Positions 1-8,972 of a stretch of DNA of 64,000 nucleotides are shown piece after piece; position 1 is the stretch's first letter; each line of letters starts with the position of its first letter. This DNA is from a virus. The translations under genes were made by a program, and so were the position numbers. The stretch is from positions 1 through 64,000 of IMG/VR virus record IMGVR_UViG_3300033233_000010. The stretch is one strand, 5' to 3'. The notes beneath the pieces were generated by a model. That model saw only the letters and a list, made by a program, of their open reading frames with translations. It searched no databases and was not told where the DNA came from.

Positions 1-165
1 CAGCCGAAGTGCGAGACCGTGCTGCCGGGCTGCTCGACGACGGTGACGTGCGACGCGCACGACCCCGACCAGGTCGTCGTCACGACCCACAAGGGTCCGA
101 GGGTCTACAAGAAGCACCACGACTACGACGGGGCCAAGCACCACCTCGACGTGGACGCGGATTGA
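1..165 (+). CDS. hypothetical protein (5'-truncated by window)
   Basis: Frame 1 open from base 1 to TGA 163-165 (QPKCETVLPGCSTTVTCDAH...), with GC3-rich codons. Confidence 0.6.
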   Translation, partial: QPKCETVLPGCSTTVTCDAHDPDQVVVTTHKGPRVYKKHHDYDGAKHHLDVDAD

Positions 166-168
166 GCC

Positions 169-591
169 GTGGAGCTGATCTTCTCGCTCGCGGCGCTCGC
201 CGCCGCCCTCTCCGCGCTCTACCTCGCACGGAGGAACCGCGCGGCGATGCTCTACCTCGCCAGCGCGGTTGCAGCGCTCTCCGGCTGCGGACCGATCACA
301 CCGCCGTCGACCAACTCGTTCATGGTCGTCTTCCACAACCAGTCCAACTTCCCCCAGGACGTGACGGTGCGGACGTGGGACTCGAACAGCCGGTTCCTCG
401 GCGAGAGCAGGGCCAAGGTCCAGCCTGGCTCCGAACAGACCTTCCGGTTCGGACCGACGCCCGCCGATCTCGTCGAGGTCGACGCCGGCTGGGGTCCGGT
501 TGGATGGAACGGCCCCGACGTAGCCGGCTTCTGGGTCTTCCACGTCGTCTTCCCGTCTGGGTCCACCTGGAAAGAGTTTCCGGTCCAGTAG
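169..591 (+). CDS. putative lipoprotein / membrane-anchored protein
   Basis: Hydrophobic N-terminus and lipobox-like ALSG-C followed by a Pro/Thr linker and a beta-rich domain. Confidence 0.6.
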   Translation: MELIFSLAALAAALSALYLARRNRAAMLYLASAVAALSGCGPITPPSTNSFMVVFHNQSNFPQDVTVRTWDSNSRFLGESRAKVQPGSEQTFRFGPTPADLVEVDAGWGPVGWNGPDVAGFWVFHVVFPSGSTWKEFPVQ

Positions 592-683
592 TGGCGAGCG
601 CCGTCTGCATCGCGATCGCGAGCCTCGCCCTCGCTTACACCGCGGTCCTTCTGCGTCGCGAGACGCAGGACTGGAGACGGTAA
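591..683 (+). CDS. small single-TM peptide
   Basis: GTG overlaps upstream TAG; VASAVCIAIASLALAYTAVLLRR is hydrophobic; stop abuts next start. Confidence 0.4.
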   Translation: MASAVCIAIASLALAYTAVLLRRETQDWRR

Positions 684-684
684 C

Positions 685-1803
685 GTGGATACCGAGCGCG
701 ACCCCATGACGGGGCACTTTCGCGGGCCACCCAGTTCGATGCCGGCCCGTGATCCCGTGACGGGGCACTTCCTGAAACCGGGCCGGACGACGGCACAGCA
801 ACGCGACGGCGCGCTCACGGCGCGCACGGCGAGACTGGAAGAAGAAAACGCTCGCCTCTCGAAGCTCCTCGGACTCGTCGAAGGCTACTCGGCCAACGCT
901 GGCATGCCACCGCGCTGGCTCGCGCCCAGGAAGGACAAGAGCAAGGCTTCCAAGAAGGCGGCGACGGCCTGCCTTCATTTCTCCGACCTCCATCTCGACG
1001 AGGTCGTAGACCCGGCTCAGGTCGGCGGGCTCAACGCCTACAACCGCGAGATCGCCGGCATGAGACTTCGCCGGTGGGCAGACAAGGCGTGCGAGTTGGG
1101 TGATCGGTTCCGGCACGACTGGGACGGCGCGCTCATCTTTTGGGGCGGCGATATGGTCAGCGGAGCGATCCACGACGAGCTTCGCGAAACCAACGCAGAC
1201 TACCTGCCCGGTACGCTCGTCCACTGGGCGCCGCTCATCGCGGGCGCGATTCGCCAGATCGCCGACTTTTACGGCAAGGTCCACATCCCGGCAGTGGTCG
1301 GCAATCACGGACGCCTGACGAAGCTCATGACGGCTAAGGGGCGCGGTCGCAACTCGTGGGACTGGCTCCTCTGCCAGATGGTCCACGCACACCTGATCGG
1401 CGACAAGCGGATCACCTGGGACATCGCCAACGGAAGCTACTTGTTCGTTCCGGTCTACGATCAACACGTCTTCCTGACACACGGCGATGAGGTCAAGGGC
1501 GGGAGCGGTTGGGCGGGCGTTTGGACGCCGCTCGGCATGATCCACCGGCGCGGGATCGAGCTTGGAGCCTCTCACGGCGTCCAGCCAGTTTTCAGCGTCA
1601 TCGGCCACTGGCACCAGCTCGTCATGGCGCACCATCGCGGAATCTCGTGCAACGGCGCGCTCAAGGGCTGGGACGAATACGCGGCATCACTTCGTTTCCG
1701 GCAAGAGCCGGCCATGCAGGGGTGGTGGGTTCACTGCCCCACACGCGGCGTGATCCTCTCCGCGCCGCTGTTCGTGGAAGACCGGCGTCGAGAGGGCTGG
1801 TGA
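685..1803 (+). CDS. calcineurin-like metallophosphoesterase (phage type) with N-terminal coiled coil
   Basis: Ordered motifs SDLH, GGDMVSG, GNHGR, THGD, GHWH. Confidence 0.85.
   Translation: MDTERDPMTGHFRGPPSSMPARDPVTGHFLKPGRTTAQQRDGALTARTARLEEENARLSKLLGLVEGYSANAGMPPRWLAPRKDKSKASKKAATACLHFSDLHLDEVVDPAQVGGLNAYNREIAGMRLRRWADKACELGDRFRHDWDGALIFWGGDMVSGAIHDELRETNADYLPGTLVHWAPLIAGAIRQIADFYGKVHIPAVVGNHGRLTKLMTAKGRGRNSWDWLLCQMVHAHLIGDKRITWDIANGSYLFVPVYDQHVFLTHGDEVKGGSGWAGVWTPLGMIHRRGIELGASHGVQPVFSVIGHWHQLVMAHHRGISCNGALKGWDEYAASLRFRQEPAMQGWWVHCPTRGVILSAPLFVEDRRREGW
697..771 (+). repeat. direct repeat encoding RDP(M/V)TGHF twice
   Basis: cgcgaccccatgacggggcacttt (697-720) and cgtgatcccgtgacggggcacttc (748-771). 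Confidence 0.85.
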
Positions 1804-1806
1804 TCT

Positions 1807-1932
1807 GTGGCCGAGTTGATCTGCAAAATCTGCAAGGGCGAGTTTTCGGACCCCGGGGCCGATCTGGACTGCCCCATCTGCGACGACTGCAAGTTGGAGA
1901 TGCAGCGGGAAGAAGACGAGGCACCACAATGA
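1807..1932 (+). CDS. small Cys-rich (CxxC...CxxC) protein
   Basis: MAELICKICKGEF...CPICDDCK; stop overlaps next ATG (ATGA). Confidence 0.55.
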   Translation: MAELICKICKGEFSDPGADLDCPICDDCKLEMQREEDEAPQ

Positions 1933-2306
1933 AGAACAAGCTCGCCGTCCTGGTCTCCGGCCTGTTCGTCGCCGGTGCGGTTGCGCTCGCCGACGACAAC
2001 AAGAAGGCCGACGACAAGAAGCCGGCTCCGAAGAAGGTGGCTCGACCGGAGCTTGAAGACGCGCTCAAGCGCGCCTTCAAGCGCGTCCGCGACATGGACG
2101 AGTACAAGCTCATGCGCTTCCACCTCTGCGTGTCGTCCGACCGCGAGGAGGGCCCCGGGCTCCTGTGCTTCGCCGAGCTGGGCACCGGCGATCTCCTGCT
2201 TGTCCTCGCGTCGAAGGGACAGCCGGAGCTGGACCAGATCATCCTGGTCGAGAAGGCGAACCTCGAACAGCTCGAAGACGCCATCCAGCGCTCCAGGCGC
2301 CGGTGA
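1929..2306 (+). CDS. secreted/periplasmic hypothetical protein
   Basis: Sec-type signal MKNKLAVLVSGLFVAGAVALA-DD. Confidence 0.7.
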   Translation: MKNKLAVLVSGLFVAGAVALADDNKKADDKKPAPKKVARPELEDALKRAFKRVRDMDEYKLMRFHLCVSSDREEGPGLLCFAELGTGDLLLVLASKGQPELDQIILVEKANLEQLEDAIQRSRRR

Positions 2307-2323
2307 TCGGCTGTACGATTACG

Positions 2324-2404
2324 ATGCCGTGCTGGTGCGCTTGGGGGCTTCTGGCGCTCGCCGGCATCGGCCTCATCGCCTTCATCATCTGGCGATACGT
2401 CTAG
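2324..2404 (+). CDS. small membrane peptide
   Basis: MPCWCAWGLLALAGIGLIAFIIWRYV, single TM. Confidence 0.35.
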   Translation: MPCWCAWGLLALAGIGLIAFIIWRYV

Positions 2405-2543
2405 CGAGCCAGGCGAGAAGCTCGACCACATCGCGCGGCGGGTTCGTGCAGTAGCCGGTCTCAGTCGCCGAGCACTGTCGAATCCAGTAGGGTCCGCGCT
2501 CAGCTGGAATGAAGCGCCGGCAGTTCAAGCAGCGCTCGTTCAC
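2385..2543 (-). CDS. small Cys-rich protein with C-terminal tag (DVVELLAWL)
   Basis: GTG at 2543 overlaps upstream TGA; CxxC...C...C. Confidence 0.55.
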   Translation of the reverse strand: MNERCLNCRRFIPAERGPYWIRQCSATETGYCTNPPRDVVELLAWLARRIAR

Positions 2544-3262
2544 GCGTCGCGCTTGGGGCGCTTGGGCGTCGGTTCGAGCCGCCGGACGTTGAGCCAACCG
2601 ACGCGCATCACCCTACCGTTGAACGCCACGCCGCGGTCGAGCAGGGCGCTTCCGGCGAGCTGCACGGTGAACGACTTCCCGATGTCGACCGCGGGCGCGA
2701 TGACAACGGCCTGCTGCCAGCCGTGCTCCTTCTCCCACTCGCGAGCGGTGAAGATCAGGCGCCCGTGGACGTAATCATCCATCTTGAGATACTCGGCGTC
2801 GGGCGGCCAGCTGCCGTCCCACACCGGAACGCCCTCGGCCCAAGCATCCAGGGCGTCGTCGAGCGTTCGATCCCGTTCGTTCGACCGCCACGCGCGCTCC
2901 TCAAGGCCGGGAACCTCGACCACCTCGCCCTTCGTGATGTGCTGGTTCTGCCAATCGCAGCTGCGCTCGAACCGTCTCTTGGCCTTCTGAATCTTCTCCC
3001 ACTCGTCGAGCTTGGCAAGGTAGGCCAGTCGGTCCTGTATCGCCGCCCGGACGACTTCCTTTCCCTTTTGGAACACGAAACGCTCACCGTTCACCCACTC
3101 GACCGTGATGTAGGTCCGGCCATCTTCGCGGTCGCGCTCGACGAAGCGACAGATGCGCCCCGCCCACCTCGGATCGGTGAACCCGTTATTCAGCACGCGC
3201 CAGAACTTCGGCGGGACTTTCTTCTTGCGCTTCGCGTCGGCGGCGAGCCGAACGAGGGTCAC
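2540..3262 (-). CDS. hypothetical protein
   Basis: GTGA coupling with the 3259 stop; GC3-biased frame. Confidence 0.7.
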   Translation of the reverse strand: MTLVRLAADAKRKKKVPPKFWRVLNNGFTDPRWAGRICRFVERDREDGRTYITVEWVNGERFVFQKGKEVVRAAIQDRLAYLAKLDEWEKIQKAKRRFERSCDWQNQHITKGEVVEVPGLEERAWRSNERDRTLDDALDAWAEGVPVWDGSWPPDAEYLKMDDYVHGRLIFTAREWEKEHGWQQAVVIAPAVDIGKSFTVQLAGSALLDRGVAFNGRVMRVGWLNVRRLEPTPKRPKRDA

Positions 3263-3504
3263 GGCCTCACCTCGATCTTGGCGATCATGTCGACGACGCT
3301 CGGACCTCTGTGGAACGTCCCGCAGGAACACCCGCCGTAGAGCACATCGCATCGGGCGCCCGGCCCCAGGCCCTCGTGCTTCTGCATGAGGTCGATGTCT
3401 AGCGCGCCGTCGTAGAAGCAGCACGCTTTGAGCTGGTCGAACGTGTGGCGATGCCGCTCGGGGTTGGCCTTTATGTCGACGAGGATCTCAGCGCGTCTGC
3501 CCAT
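3259..3504 (-). CDS. Cys-rich hypothetical protein with C-terminal tag (SVVDMIAKI)
   Basis: ORF track; coupled to neighbours. Confidence 0.7.
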   Translation of the reverse strand: MGRRAEILVDIKANPERHRHTFDQLKACCFYDGALDIDLMQKHEGLGPGARCDVLYGGCSCGTFHRGPSVVDMIAKIEVRP

Positions 3505-4051
3505 CGTCGCTCCGCCGCATCCTGGTGTTCGTGTGGAGCACCAAGGCCGGTTCGCCGTATCCGTCGACCGTCACTTCGATCTGGTCATCGTTACTGACAG
3601 CCGCGATGGCGCGGACACCTTCCTCATAGGACGGCGGTGTGGGTCGGAGCCGCCCCACGAGCAGCTTCAGGGCGTCGCGTTCGCCCGCTCTGAGCTTGCG
3701 ACCTTCGCGCAACCGCCGCGAGATCCGCAGCACCCGACTCCGCGCGTCTCCGACGAGCGCATCGAACCGACTGGTCTTCTTGGGAGCGGTCAACCCGTCG
3801 TGGACCAGCGTAGTGGAACGGCTTAGGCCGTCGATCGGGTAGGAGCGCTCAAGGCGCTCGGTTTCCGTTTCGAGACCTCCGCGCGCCACTTCTTTCAGGA
3901 AGGCGTGGGCCGTCTCGACAGAAACCTTGGCCTCCAGCGCCAGCCATCCCGCGAACTTGAGGCTCGCGAGGTCGTCTGCCGGAAAGCCGAGTCCGTCTGT
4001 AACTCGGTCATAGGCACGAGCGAGGCGCCCGCGCTCGGTAGGTTCGGCCAT
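3488..4051 (-). CDS. hypothetical protein
   Basis: ORF track; GGTAGAAC 6 nt upstream of ATG. Confidence 0.75.
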   Translation of the reverse strand: MAEPTERGRLARAYDRVTDGLGFPADDLASLKFAGWLALEAKVSVETAHAFLKEVARGGLETETERLERSYPIDGLSRSTTLVHDGLTAPKKTSRFDALVGDARSRVLRISRRLREGRKLRAGERDALKLLVGRLRPTPPSYEEGVRAIAAVSNDDQIEVTVDGYGEPALVLHTNTRMRRSDDGQTR

Positions 4052-4070
4052 ACCTTCGTTCTACCCGACG

Positions 4071-4391
4071 CTACCCTAGCGCCGGCCCGTCGGGCGTTCG
4101 CCCGTTGCGGATCGCGCGCCCCGTGAGGTCGTCGGGGGTGATCTTGCCCGCCGTCTTGAGGAAGGCGACGGTCTCCTCATAGGTCTCGCCGAGGTTCCGG
4201 CTCAGGTCGATGAGGAGCTGCTTCTGGTGAGGCTTGAGCTTCCGACCCTCGCGCAGCCGCTTCGCGACGGTGTTGATGACCGTCGCGAGACCTGCGCAGA
4301 GCTGGTCGCTCACCGTTACCCGACGGCGTCGGATCTCGACGTGCCCGCGCTGGTGCTGTCCGTCGTTGAGAAACCCATCAAGAGCACTCAC
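4071..4391 (-). CDS. hypothetical protein sharing RLREGRKL motif with downstream gene
   Basis: ORF track; start uncertain. Confidence 0.6.
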   Translation of the reverse strand: MSALDGFLNDGQHQRGHVEIRRRRVTVSDQLCAGLATVINTVAKRLREGRKLKPHQKQLLIDLSRNLGETYEETVAFLKTAGKITPDDLTGRAIRNGRTPDGPALG

Positions 4392-4392
4392 A

Positions 4393-4623
4393 TCAACCTC
4401 GCTTTGCCTCAGAGGCAGCGACGAGCCGGAGCACCGGATCTGTCTCCGCGTCTCTTACGCACCTCTGGAGCCTGAGCGCCAACCCTTCCACGCGGTCGAT
4501 CGGGATACCAGCCCGGGTAGCGATCATCCTCAAGTAGCGTTCGCGATGTTCGGGCACGAGTTTGCCCTGCTCGGCCATGACCGACTTGAGCGCCTCGTAG
4601 AACCGCGTCAACTCGCCCTTCAC
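4393..4623 (-). CDS. hypothetical protein
   Basis: GTG at 4623 overlaps the 4620 stop. Confidence 0.55.
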   Translation of the reverse strand: MKGELTRFYEALKSVMAEQGKLVPEHRERYLRMIATRAGIPIDRVEGLALRLQRCVRDAETDPVLRLVAASEAKRG

Positions 4624-4919
4624 GGCGAACCTCCGTCCGTCGGAGCTGCCGACACTCTCTTTCCGCTCGCTGTCGTGCGGTAACTGACGGTTACTACTTC
4701 CTCGATGTCGAGAAAACGACCCTTGATGAGACGGAAGGTATCCACCCGCGAACCGCCGCCCGTCGGGTCTGGGCAGTGCTCGGCGATGTAGTCGAGCGCG
4801 TCCTTCTTCGTGTCGAATACCGCCATACGTTCGACCTTGCCCGCCGCCGCATCGAAGTCGGGTTGCTCCCACCACACGAAGAACTTGCTTCCGTCGGACT
4901 TTAGATTCTTCTTGTTCAC
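4620..4919 (-). CDS. hypothetical protein
   Basis: ORF track; GTGA coupling on both sides. Confidence 0.7.
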   Translation of the reverse strand: MNKKNLKSDGSKFFVWWEQPDFDAAAGKVERMAVFDTKKDALDYIAEHCPDPTGGGSRVDTFRLIKGRFLDIEEVVTVSYRTTASGKRVSAAPTDGGSP

Positions 4920-5461
4920 GGCGTTCCTCCGTAGGACGAAAGCGCCGGAAGAACGCCTCCAGACGCCTCGATCAATTCCGCCGCCTTGAGCGGGATAACG
5001 CGCCTGCCGCGGACGTGCTCGTAGCGGACCTGACAGCTCGCACAGAGCACTCGAAACTCAGACAGTGTTTTTTCGCCGCATGCGATAGCCTTCGCGTCGG
5101 ATGGGGTGAGGCCGTTGCGGCGAGCCTTCCTAGCCTTGACCGGCGCATCGTGGCCGTTGATGTGATCGACGGTAAGCACTCGGTAGTCGCGTTCTCCGCA
5201 CCAGGCGCAGACCATACCACCAAGCGAAAGCATGAGTTTGACCCGTGCGCGATGACCTGCGACCCGTCTCCACGCGTTGTGCCAATCGCGGTAACGCGCG
5301 TGATTCTTCTTGGAGCGAGCGCGATTAAGGAGAAGATGGCGCCTACAAAAGCGTTTGCTGCGCGCCGTTCGCTTGCGGTTGCACTTGGCGCACAAACCTT
5401 TCTCTAGGTGTTCTTGTTCCCACCTTCGCCCTCGCTCGGCGATGAGCAACTTGTTGGTCAT
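4916..5461 (-). CDS. HNH endonuclease (free-standing, putative homing)
   Basis: CAWCGE...LTVDHING...LCASCQ HNH/zinc motif; more A/T-ending codons than neighbours. Confidence 0.8.
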   Translation of the reverse strand: MTNKLLIAERGRRWEQEHLEKGLCAKCNRKRTARSKRFCRRHLLLNRARSKKNHARYRDWHNAWRRVAGHRARVKLMLSLGGMVCAWCGERDYRVLTVDHINGHDAPVKARKARRNGLTPSDAKAIACGEKTLSEFRVLCASCQVRYEHVRGRRVIPLKAAELIEASGGVLPALSSYGGTP

Positions 5462-5700
5462 CGGCCCTTGTCCTTCGGCTTGTCCGGGTCCAGCGCGGCC
5501 AGCTCCTCGACCACGTCGGGAACGATCTCCTGACCAGGCGGGATGCAGTAAGCGTGCGTTTCGGTGTAACGGCCATCTGCCCGACGGATGAAGAAGCGTT
5601 GCCCCCACACGTAGACCTCGTATGGGATCTGCCAGCGCGGGACGACGAAATCGGCGATCTTCTCGCCGTCGCTCGTATAGAGGGTGACCTTCTCAAACAT
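5458..5700 (-). CDS. hypothetical protein
   Basis: ORF track; ATGA coupling. Confidence 0.7.
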   Translation of the reverse strand: MFEKVTLYTSDGEKIADFVVPRWQIPYEVYVWGQRFFIRRADGRYTETHAYCIPPGQEIVPDVVEELAALDPDKPKDKGR

Positions 5701-6145
5701 CGTCGAGCCCCGCCAGCCTTTCGATCACGTTGAGCTGCTCAGTCACCATCTTCCTCAACTCGGCCTCGTCGATCGAGAGAGAATTGTCCGGGGAGTTGAG
5801 GCGGAGACCACGCCCTGCTGTGGGAGTTGGACCCGGGAACCCGTCTCGACCGTTGAGCTTCCCCGACGCGATGAGCGCTTTAATCCACTCGACAACGGCT
5901 GAGTTGTCGCGCCTTGCCGCCGCTTCCAGCTCGTCAAGCGTGGGGGGCTGGCGGCAGGAGATGCCCAAAGGCAGCGAGACCGGAGAGATCGTCGCCACAT
6001 CCGTGTTGACTCGCACGAGATACCAGCCGTCGGCAGGCACCACGAACGGCTGGGCGAGCGGCACCTCGGACTTCGAGTCGATTCCGATGCGCTCGATACG
6101 CCTGCCGCAGTTGAGCCACACCCGCCTGCTCTCGGCGCCGCTCAC
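5693..6145 (-). CDS. hypothetical protein with C-terminal tag (NVIERLAGL)
   Basis: ORF track; overlapping neighbours. Confidence 0.7.
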   Translation of the reverse strand: MSGAESRRVWLNCGRRIERIGIDSKSEVPLAQPFVVPADGWYLVRVNTDVATISPVSLPLGISCRQPPTLDELEAAARRDNSAVVEWIKALIASGKLNGRDGFPGPTPTAGRGLRLNSPDNSLSIDEAELRKMVTEQLNVIERLAGLDDV

Positions 6146-6738
6146 AGCGCAGCATCGCCTACCGGGTTGATTCGGTGAAGCCCATCTTGGAGCGTCGGCG
6201 TGGGGGGCTGGGCCGACGGCGGTGCGGCCTTCAAGCAGTCCAGCCGACCGTTGCAGATGTCGATGACGCGCGCCAGTTCCGGGAGGCCCCTGAGCGTTGG
6301 AAACATGGCGAGCGCATCGTCCACGGTACAGTTCTTCGGCCCGTTCCGCACAGCGTGGACTGCGAGCCAGACGAGCTTGATCTCACGCAAGGGGACGTTC
6401 GGCCTGAGCGCCCGTTCGAGCGCCAAGATGGTGCCGGCGATCTCGAAGCCGCTGATCTCGCGCTCGGGGTGCATGTCGTACTCGAAGCCGTCAGCCCACG
6501 TCTTCTTCGTCCACTCCTTACCGAGAATCGACCGACCGATCTTGGTGAGCGTGGCCTCCGCCCGACGCCGCAGCTCGGGCGTCAGGGTGCTCCGCTTCAC
6601 CTTGGATGGGTGCAAGTCCTCCGGCCTGAGCCAGCACTGGAGGCCGTCCTGGTTGTCGGGCGTGGCGACTCTCACGAGAACGTGACCGGCAGGCGGCGGC
6701 TCGCCTTCAACGTAGGGGATTCCCTTGATCTCGCTCAT
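6142..6738 (-). CDS. hypothetical protein
   Basis: ATG 6738 lies 7 nt after GGTAGAAC; GC3-biased frame. Confidence 0.75.
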   Translation of the reverse strand: MSEIKGIPYVEGEPPPAGHVLVRVATPDNQDGLQCWLRPEDLHPSKVKRSTLTPELRRRAEATLTKIGRSILGKEWTKKTWADGFEYDMHPEREISGFEIAGTILALERALRPNVPLREIKLVWLAVHAVRNGPKNCTVDDALAMFPTLRGLPELARVIDICNGRLDCLKAAPPSAQPPTPTLQDGLHRINPVGDAAL

Positions 6739-6748
6739 GCTGCTCGTT

Positions 6749-7030
6749 CTACCCGAGACCAAGTCGGTCTTCGGCGCGCTCGACGAACTTGGTGAGCTGG
6801 GACGGCGAAAGGCCGGCGACGCGCTCGACCTCCCTGTCGATCGTGGGTGAGGCGGCGCTGGCGAGCCAGCGCTTGAACTCCTCGCGGCTCTTGCCGAAGG
6901 CGTAGAAGACCGTGTGGAGAGCCAGCTCTTCCTGCTCGGAGAGCGTGCGGCCTTGCCGGTAGCGCCGCAGAGAGCGCTTGCCGCACTCGACGAGCCCGGC
7001 GGTGTTCACGACCAGTCGCTTCGTGGACAC
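6749..7030 (-). CDS. hypothetical protein (in frame with upstream HTH gene)
   Basis: ORF track; same frame as 7178-8425, separated by one TGA. Confidence 0.6.
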   Translation of the reverse strand: MSTKRLVVNTAGLVECGKRSLRRYRQGRTLSEQEELALHTVFYAFGKSREEFKRWLASAASPTIDREVERVAGLSPSQLTKFVERAEDRLGLG

Positions 7031-7177
7031 GGCGGTTCCCGGCGTCGCCAGCGTTGCCGGCGGCAGCGCCGGAAGCGGCGCCGGCTCCGGCGTGACTGGT
7101 TGGTTGGGAGTAGCCCCGGTCTCCGGCTCAGCTACCGTCGGCGACGCGGGTGACGAACAAGCCTCGCGGCCTGCCCC

Positions 7178-8425
7178 TCAAGCCGCCTCTTGGACCTCTT
7201 CCTTCGACTCGGTCCACTCGATGCGGACGTAGCCCTGCGGCGTGAACGCGACGGAGGGCTTCTCGCCGAGGTTGTAGCCGAGGAGGGTGAACATGCCGGC
7301 GAGCTGCGGGACGGAGACGGAGATCGACTCCTTGCCGACGCTCTCCGAGTCGAAGTAGCGACCCGCCACCCGATCCTTCGCGAGCGACCACTCGACGGAG
7401 AAGCCAGCCGGACCGCCGCGGATCTCAGCGGCGTCGGGGAGCTTCGCACCAGCCCTCCGCAGAAGGGCGTGGATCTGATGGGGTCCGAGTTCGATCGACT
7501 TGGTCGACAGGACCATAGTGACCTTCTTCCGCTCGACGACGTTCAGGTCGAGGAGCCGGTCTTGGTCGTTGCGGAGCTGCGGCGTGGCGACGGTCACAGG
7601 ATTCTCCTCTCTTGCAGGCGCCGGGTTCGGTCCGGCCTGCGCTGGTGCTTGGACGTTCTGACGGTGGTAGCGGCGGATCACGTTGTTTCCGCCAGGAATC
7701 GAGTTGAAGAGCGGGTAGAGCCACGCCCGGTCCTGCTCGATCACCGAGCGCGGGGTATCGCCCTGGAGCCGCGTCGAGTCGGGGGCGTGCGTGCGATAGA
7801 ACGCGCCCGTGACCTGCTCGAAGAAGTAGACCATGCCGTCGGTCCGCTTCGACTTGATCACGGCGATCCCGTCGTGGATACCCCAGCGACAGTCGCGCTC
7901 CACGGTCGGGAGTCGCAACTCACCAGCCGAGACCTGAGTCATGAGCGTCGTCACACGACGCTTGATCCCAAGCTCCTCTTCGCCGGTGACCACAGTCGGT
8001 GCTGACATGACCACGTCCTCCGCTTCCTCTCGCCCCCTCGACTCGTCATACCCCGGTCTCGGCTGGTCGCCGCGCGGTGCGGCTCCCTCGTCGGGAATTC
8101 GAGGCGGTTGCACCGGCGGCGCGACCCGCGGAGCCGGGGCGTGTAGTTGTCGTGACCCCACGAGCGACCGGAGCCGCCTCTGGGTGCGTGGCGGCGGTGC
8201 CCACTCGTTGCGTTCCCACCCCGAGATGGTGCTCGGGTGGACCTGGAGAATCTCCGCGACCTGCTCGCGGGTCATCTGGGCCACCTCCCGCCACCGCTTC
8301 AGGTCGGCGGGCTGAACGTGCCGCCACCGGTGACGCCGGTGCGGGCGGTGCCGTCGCTCTGGCTGGTCTTCGTGAACCACGATCGAGACCTCCACCACGT
8401 CTTCGCTCCTCGCGTCGGACCCCAA
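7178..8425 (-). CDS. XRE-family HTH DNA-binding protein with long C-terminal region
   Basis: LKRWREVAQMTREQVAEILQVHPSTISGWERN is a typical Cro/C1-type HTH; start uncertain. Confidence 0.75.
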   Translation of the reverse strand: MGSDARSEDVVEVSIVVHEDQPERRHRPHRRHRWRHVQPADLKRWREVAQMTREQVAEILQVHPSTISGWERNEWAPPPRTQRRLRSLVGSRQLHAPAPRVAPPVQPPRIPDEGAAPRGDQPRPGYDESRGREEAEDVVMSAPTVVTGEEELGIKRRVTTLMTQVSAGELRLPTVERDCRWGIHDGIAVIKSKRTDGMVYFFEQVTGAFYRTHAPDSTRLQGDTPRSVIEQDRAWLYPLFNSIPGGNNVIRRYHRQNVQAPAQAGPNPAPAREENPVTVATPQLRNDQDRLLDLNVVERKKVTMVLSTKSIELGPHQIHALLRRAGAKLPDAAEIRGGPAGFSVEWSLAKDRVAGRYFDSESVGKESISVSVPQLAGMFTLLGYNLGEKPSVAFTPQGYVRIEWTESKEEVQEAA

Positions 8426-8687
8426 CGCGTTCTACCTCGGCCCGACAGGGCAAGAGGCTCACCCGACCACCAAGAGTCGAGGCCAATAGTTGTAACCTCT
8501 TGGTTGAAATGGAGTTATAGTCGTTGGCGCCCCTCCGAGTCCCGGCCTAAATTCTTCGCCGATGCGGTCTTAGGCGGGCGCGGTCGTGTCCGCGCCGGAG
8601 CTGCGACCCGACCCGTCGTCCACCAGCCTGCGCCGGGGCTTACGCGCTCCTTCCTGGCGAAACAACGCGCGAGAATCGCGGAGCGGC

Positions 8688-8972
8688 TCAAGACGCCACC
8701 TCACCGACGAGGGCGAGTCCCTCGACCACCGGAACCCCTTCGCAGGAGATCGCGTCGGGCGACGTGTCCGTCTCGGAGCGGGTGTGATCGTCTTGCCACC
8801 GTACCCACACGCGGACCTCCTCCCGAGCTTCACGCTTGCCGGCGAAGAACGCCTCATGGACCACGACCTCGATCCGCGAGACGATGCCGACCCGCGACAT
8901 CCCGTAGAGCGTACGGACGACCGACCCGGCCTCCGCCAACCTGTTGTCACCGAGCTGCGCGTGACGACCCAT
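8688..8972 (-). CDS. SH3-like small protein with C-terminal tag (PVVEGLALV)
   Basis: Strong SD GAGGAGG before ATG; GSVV...GIV...VWVRW pattern. Confidence 0.7.
   Translation of the reverse strand: MGRHAQLGDNRLAEAGSVVRTLYGMSRVGIVSRIEVVVHEAFFAGKREAREEVRVWVRWQDDHTRSETDTSPDAISCEGVPVVEGLALVGEVAS

Noticed and set aside
7178-7180. Genome-wide stop-codon reassignment (TGA or TAG as sense)
   Set aside because: Many well-supported genes end in TGA or TAG with coupled downstream starts; the in-frame TGA is an isolated case.
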